Part shown: positions 58,838-64,000 of the stretch, in pieces
How positions within the stretch are numbered: the first letter of the stretch is position 1
Layout of the letters: each line of letters begins with the position of its first letter
DNA from: an uncultured delta proteobacterium
GTDB lineage: Bacteria; Myxococcota_A; Polyangia; Polyangiales; Polyangiaceae
DNA length: 64,000 nt
NCBI GenBank assembly: GCA_963696385.1
Contig: CAVOKF010000004.1
Span: 1 to 64,000, forward strand
Direction of reading: 5' to 3'
Made by a program: the position numbers and the translations under genes
The notes under the pieces: model-generated
Told to the model about the DNA's origin: nothing
Seen by the model: the letters and a program-made list of their open reading frames with translations, nothing else
The model's database searches: none

Positions 58838-59362
58838 TCACGACCGTGGAAAATCCGCCTCGACCGCTTTGATCCTGGCGACCAACTCTCGGATCACCTC
58901 GTCCGCATCCGCCGGTTCAGCGTGGTGCAGGCCGCTCTTGTTGAAGTAACGCCCATGGGCGAGGCCGTGCCGGTACGCGTACATCTGCTTGAAGTGGCCG
59001 GCCTCGTTCGGAGCTGCCGCGACCTGCTTCCAGACGTCGAGAATTTCGTCCAACGGCACCCGTCCGTCGTAGCGCTTCTCCAGGCGACGAAATCGAACCG
59101 CAGCAACGGCGCTGCCGGCCTGCCTCGCGCCATAGTCCAGGCGCAGAACGCGCTCGGCGCTCGCGACTAAGGCCAGGACGACCTCGTCGTCGAGTTCCTC
59201 GCGCATCTCCTCAAGCGCTTCGGTGAATGCATCCTCGGTGCGCGGGAACGTCGCCGCTTGGGCTCCCTGCGCCGGGATCCCCCCGCGCGCTAGTACACGC
59301 AATGTGGCGACGGACCGGCGGTAGTACTCGAGAATCTCGGCAGGCGTTCGCTACGTCGGCAT
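58838..59362 (-). CDS. HEPN-like protein (in-frame stop at codon 4 if the ATG at 59362 is used)
   Basis: RHGLAH RxxxxH motif near the C-terminus. Confidence 0.5.
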
Positions 59363-59846
59363 CAGCCGATGAGCTCGCTCAAGGCATCCGTCATCGTCTC
59401 CTGCGTCAGTGGCACGGCCTCCTTGTCGGAGGGCCAGCCATCGACGGCCGCGAGTTGCCACGTGCGGTCCGCCTTGCGGAGGATCGTGGCCCGGGCAGGG
59501 CCTGACACCAGGTCGACCCGACCGCGCGCCCCGACGATCCTCTTCCCGCCGCCCGCGGGGACGACCCCGACGATGCGCATGCCGCGCGGCTTCACCTCGA
59601 CCTTTCGCTCTCCGAGATGGATCGTGAGCGCGGCCACGCGGTACGGCCCGTATCTTGCTCGTCGATGTCGACTTCGCCGCGCTCGACCCGAACGAGCTTC
59701 TTCTCGATTGCCGGACTAAGCCAGGCCGTGACGCCGCTCATGAGCTGCGCCACATCGGCAATCCACTCATCCCGCTTCGCCGCGAAATGCTCCTCGACCG
59801 TCTTGGGCTGGTGTTCGAGCTGTTGTACGAGCTTCTCGATGCTCAT
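59362..59846 (-). pseudogene. Hypothetical protein split by one frameshift, coupled to the HEPN-like gene
   Basis: ORFs 59592-59846 and 59362-59637 join as ...EQDTGPYRVAALTI...GARGRVDL. Confidence 0.5.
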
Positions 59847-60651
59847 TCGCTGGTCTCCTGCGGGCCTCGGACCGTCGCTAGACGTATAGCATCACGTCAT
59901 CGGCGCTCTTCCCGAACCAACGGCTCCTGGAGCGGGGGCTGGGCATCGGGAGCCCAAGCCCGGAGGATGAATGACCATGCGCGACCCGCGACTCGCTGAG
60001 CTCGACTTCCTCATGAAGCTCGAGAGGGGCGGCCCCTGGTGCTGACCGTTTCCAAGGACTCAAAGGACGAGATGTTCGATCTTTCGGCCGGCCCGCTGCG
60101 CGAGCTGCTTTCGGAGCTGATCGAGCAGGGGCTGGTGAACGGCAACCCTAGCGCAATGGACGCCGATCGTTCGGCGCAGGACAACTCGCGGAACCTGGGC
60201 AGCGATGCGCGTCTGGAGGACCTCAATAACCGGCGCCTCGGTCGTGAGCGCGGCCATCACCGTCCACAATCGGCCACAAGCGGCGCGTCCGACGCTGGTG
60301 GTGACTGGTTCGTCACGTCGGGTGGTAACTTGCTCCCGTGACGGACCCGTCGAGCGGCGGCCTTGCCGAGCTTGGCCTTTGCGTCGCGAGGACGCTCCTC
60401 CAGAGACTTGCTCATTCGCCCCGCTCCTCTTTCGCCTCCTCCTGCTCCTCGCGGAGCTCCGCCTCAGCGACCGCGAGCCGCCATCCCAGAAGGGACGAAG
60501 GTCGGCATCCGATTCCGCGTTCGGGGCAGCTTTGGCGTTGTCGACAGCGGCCACGAACACGGGCGGCACCTCGCCGGGCTTGCCCGAAAAGGACCGGATG
60601 CGTTGTCCAGCAAGCGCTCCGAGGAGGGAGCGGCGTGTATCTGGGTCACCC

Positions 60652-60916
60652 CCGGCTGGAGCGACGGAGGTCCGGGGATCGGGCGGGGTGATCGCGCGCG
60701 TGCTCTCCGTGCCCGCGGGGTGGATGATCTTCGCGCTTCTCATGCCCGCGGCGGCGGTGGGAGTCCGTGCGGGCTGGGACATGGCGGCCGATCCCCTGGC
60801 CGATCGACGAGACAAGGCCGTGGGAGCGTGCGTCGTGGCGCTCTGCGCGGCCGGGGCCGTGGCGTGCGCCGCTCTGATGGCTCGGGTGACGTGATGGTGG
60901 GGCGAAGCCGGCTCCC
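60652..60916 (+). repeat. Second copy of the mobE 3' end (direct repeat of ~58156-58420)
   Basis: GATEVRGSxGVIARVLSVPAGWMIF...LMARVT* near-identical. Confidence 0.9.
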
Positions 60917-60929
60917 GGTCGTGGCCCCG

Positions 60930-61331
60930 CTACGAGGCCGGAGTCTTGGGACGTCCTGAAAGGTGAAGAAGCACTCCCGCGAGGCTTGCGTAAATCGCCC
61001 ATCGCGCGAAGGGCCGCACCAGGCCGTAAAGCCACGGTTCACGCAGAAACGCTATGACGAACAGGAACGGCCCCATCGCGACGAGGGCGCTGCCGACGCA
61101 CTGCAAGCCTCGGCGCCACGCCGTACGACCCGGAACGAAATACGTTCCGAGCAGCACGTTGAGCAGCGACGAAAAGAGAAGATAGATGTGGCTGGAACGA
61201 AACAGAAGGCGGGGCCCATCGGCGAGCCCGCGAAGGTGGTCGTAGCGGACGTGCATGTAGAGCCCACTCGCCAGGAAGGCGCCGAGCCCAAGCAGCCCAA
61301 GTGACAGATGAACGCGACGCAGGCGGTTCAC
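60930..61331 (-). CDS. Small integral membrane protein
   Basis: Four hydrophobic segments with His residues (RRVHL, RSSHIY). Confidence 0.6.
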   Translation of the reverse strand: MNRLRRVHLSLGLLGLGAFLASGLYMHVRYDHLRGLADGPRLLFRSSHIYLLFSSLLNVLLGTYFVPGRTAWRRGLQCVGSALVAMGPFLFVIAFLREPWLYGLVRPFARWAIYASLAGVLLHLSGRPKTPAS

Positions 61332-61557
61332 GACGAACGCAGAGGCAGGGTCGCGGCCCGTTCAGGTAGCAAGCCGCACGTCGTCCGATAACACTTCCGT
61401 CCCCGCGGTGGCTAGATCGGGACGGAAGGAGGAACGAGCCAGCGCACGGGAAATTCCGCCCCCTATCGGTACTTTGGAAACGACCTCGTCTGTAACCAGG
61501 TGACGAGAGATTCCGCCGCGCGAAATCCTTACCCTACCCGCGCCCCACTGTGAGAGC

Positions 61558-63459
61558 ATGTCGGCAGCGCTACCCGAAAAGGGACCCGGCGGCCCAGCCG
61601 GTTCGCAAGGAGGGGTGATGACGTCGGCAACTTCGACCGAGTTTCGCGTGGGCGAATGCCTGCCCGGCACCGGGTGGGTGATGCATCGGGTCCTGGGCCG
61701 GGGCGGCATGGGCCTCGTTCTCGAAGTCGGCAAAGGTCGAAACTTCCGCGCAGCCATGAAGATCCTGCGTCCGCCGCCCGGGCGCGTCGCGGAGTTCGAA
61801 GCCCGCTTCGAGGAAGAGGCGGAAGTGATGACGCGCTTGCGCCACCCCAACATCGTCCAGGTGTTCGACTGCGGAGTCCTCCAAGACGGCTCGCCGTTTC
61901 TGCTGATGGAACTTCTCCGCGGACGGACGATGCGCACCGTGTCCCGAGAGGACCCCGCGCCGCTTGCGGCACACGCCGTCTGGAAGATTGTCGGCCAGAT
62001 TTGTGCCGGACTGACCTATGCGCACGGCGATAGCCCACCCGTCGTGCATCGGGACATCAAACCAACCAACATCTTTCTGCACTCCGCGCGCTCCTTCGAA
62101 GACCAAGTCAAATTGCTCGACTTCGGCATTGCCCAGGTCCTGCCCGATGCCGAGCAAGCCCCCGACGACTCCGTCGTGGGAACGCCCTTCTACATGGCGC
62201 CCGAGGTGCTGCGTAACGAGCCCATCGGCCCGAAGGCCGATCTGTATGCGCTCGCGGTTCTCGTCTACGCGCTTTTGACCCAAGCCTACCCGTGGCCGGT
62301 CAACATTCACTCGGCGGTCGCCGTCACCGAAGCGCACCTGGTGCTGCGGCCCATGGCGCCGTCTCGCTGGAAAAGCTGGATTCCGAAACGCGTCGACGAT
62401 TGCTTGATGCGTGCCCTGGCGAAGAACCCCGATGACCGGCAGGCGAGCGTCGCCGCGTTCTACCAAGAGCTCGCCGATCTCGAATTCGCCGACGATCGCC
62501 CGGCGAAGGTCCACGCCAAGGCCTCGAGCGTGGCCGCGATCCATCCCCCGGCCGGTGGAGCGAAGGACCCCGTCCCGAGCCCGGTCCGCGAGGCCACGCC
62601 CCCCGAGCGCTTGCTTCGAGCCGCGACCCGAGCGTCGCTCGGGCGCGTAGACTCTCGTGTCGGCCCCCCGGTCGTGGGGCGCGAGCCGGGCCGCGACACG
62701 ATTTGGCGGCCAATCCCACGGCCGAGCCCCGCGAACCCCAACCCCGCCCGGACCGCGAGCGAACCCCCCGCCCCCGAAGGGGATGCGACGGCGTCCGGAC
62801 AGGCCCTCCGCGTGGCCGCCCCGAGGGCGGGGGCCGCGGAGCGGCGCGCGGCGCGGCGATCGCGCGCGGCCCCCGCCGCCCTCGCTCTCGGGACCGCCGC
62901 CCTGCTGACGACCGCCGTCTGGATCGACTGGAGAGCCGGGCACCCCGCGCGGTCGATCGAGCCCGCGTCCCCCGCGGAACGACCGTCGGCCCTCACGCTG
63001 GCGCTGGCTCCGCCGGTCGATCCGGCCGCCGTCCCCGAAGTGGCCCCGACCGAGCCCGCTGCCGAACGCGACGCCGCCGATGCGCGCGGGCCGGCGGTGC
63101 GTACCCAAGCCGTGCCGACGGCGCCCAAAGGCCCGAGCGAAGTGCGTCGACCCCCGGCCACCCCGCCTCACCCCTCCCGCCTCGCCCCTCCGGTACCCAG
63201 TAACCCCCCCGACGACTTCATTTCTCGCCCCACGCCTGCCCACTTCGGAGAGGCCGATGCCGGCGTCGGGCCGAACTGGAGCGCCCCCGGCGACCGTTCC
63301 GCGCGAGAAAGCGCCTCGCCCCCTCAATCCTCCGCCGCCGCTGGTCGCAGCACCAGCGCACCCGACCCCGTGCCCTCGAACCTCGACGACTACTTCTTTG
63401 GCCGCAAGCCGCTTCCCCCCGCAATCCCTGCGCCCTCTTCCCTACCGGCCGGCCGATGA
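61558..63459 (+). CDS. Ser/Thr protein kinase with TM segment and Pro-rich tail
   Basis: LGRGGMG, AMK, HPNIV, HRDIKPTN, DFG, YMAPE, DLYAL. Confidence 0.93.
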   Translation: MSAALPEKGPGGPAGSQGGVMTSATSTEFRVGECLPGTGWVMHRVLGRGGMGLVLEVGKGRNFRAAMKILRPPPGRVAEFEARFEEEAEVMTRLRHPNIVQVFDCGVLQDGSPFLLMELLRGRTMRTVSREDPAPLAAHAVWKIVGQICAGLTYAHGDSPPVVHRDIKPTNIFLHSARSFEDQVKLLDFGIAQVLPDAEQAPDDSVVGTPFYMAPEVLRNEPIGPKADLYALAVLVYALLTQAYPWPVNIHSAVAVTEAHLVLRPMAPSRWKSWIPKRVDDCLMRALAKNPDDRQASVAAFYQELADLEFADDRPAKVHAKASSVAAIHPPAGGAKDPVPSPVREATPPERLLRAATRASLGRVDSRVGPPVVGREPGRDTIWRPIPRPSPANPNPARTASEPPAPEGDATASGQALRVAAPRAGAAERRAARRSRAAPAALALGTAALLTTAVWIDWRAGHPARSIEPASPAERPSALTLALAPPVDPAAVPEVAPTEPAAERDAADARGPAVRTQAVPTAPKGPSEVRRPPATPPHPSRLAPPVPSNPPDDFISRPTPAHFGEADAGVGPNWSAPGDRSARESASPPQSSAAAGRSTSAPDPVPSNLDDYFFGRKPLPPAIPAPSSLPAGR

Positions 63460-64000
63460 ACCCCCGTGGCCCGAACGACCCCAACTCCCACGGCCCTGCC
63501 GCGGAGCCACCCGATCGGCCCGAGTCGCCGCCCGCCGGGTCGGACGATCTGCACCGGGCCCGGACCGCGACCCGAGGGCATCCCTCCATCCCGGACGAGG
63601 CCCGAGAAGCCGAGAATCGCTCGGATGATCGCGCTCGGCGTGCACCCTCGGATGGCTCGGTGGCTCCGGTCCTGGCAAGACAGCGATCCTGGCGAGGACT
63701 GGGTCGGACCGGACCGGCGACGACCGCGAACCCCCCTCGGCCCGAGGCCCGCTCCCTCGTCCCCGGTCGCGATCCGCGCCACCTCCGACGGCGGCGACTT
63801 CGTGCAGTACAGCGGAACCTCGTCCCCCGCGCCGGCCCACGAGCCCCCGCCCGAACCGCCCAGCATCCTGCTGGCGGAGCCGCGAGAAGACCGGGGGCGC
63901 GGGGAGCCGACCGTGCGGATCGGGCGACGCCGGCGACGATGCGAGTTCGATTGGATGTTCCGGAGGCGATGACCCACACGACGGGCTGACTTTCGACGGG

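Noticed and set aside
63456..63989. CDS downstream of the last kinase
   Set aside because: Several overlapping Pro/Arg-rich frames with no recognisable motif; cannot choose one.
58400..64000. Right att end of the ICE
   Set aside because: No copy of the tRNA-Ser(GGA) 3' end found by eye; the boundary is degraded or outside the window.

Overview
GC-rich window, inferred to come from a Polyangiaceae-like myxobacterium (Pkn-type Ser/Thr kinases, one with a C-terminal CNPPY..D..G...YKPEC tail). Almost all of it is mobile DNA. Two divergent tRNA-Ser genes (CGA on -, 10994-11080; GGA on +, 11217-11303) each carry a related Tn4371/trb-type integrative conjugative element at their 3' end, in mirror image. 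The left element runs off the window start. The right element (about 11.3 kb to >58 kb) has int, a phage-type initiator plus DnaC-like loader, trbBCDEJLFGI, traF, virB1, virD4-copG, a DUF3363/VirD2-like relaxase, a putative oriT and mobCDE. The two elements share a backbone but carry different replication modules. The most unusual feature is in the cargo region of the right element (38.2-53.0 kb). There, eight copies (five complete, three partial) of a ~110-bp non-coding element (CAAATCGG...CTACTCGC) each contain all or part of an 11-6-11 Xer/dif-like core whose 6-bp spacer varies. They separate unrelated DNA segments, many of them genes cut exactly at the element ends and several defence-like (SIR2, HEPN, TIR, base-hypermodification). 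This looks like a dif-based gene-capture cassette array that I cannot match to a described system. Several frameshifts look like long-read errors, four of them GATC->GATTC. All protein calls are by motif recognition only; no database searches were run.
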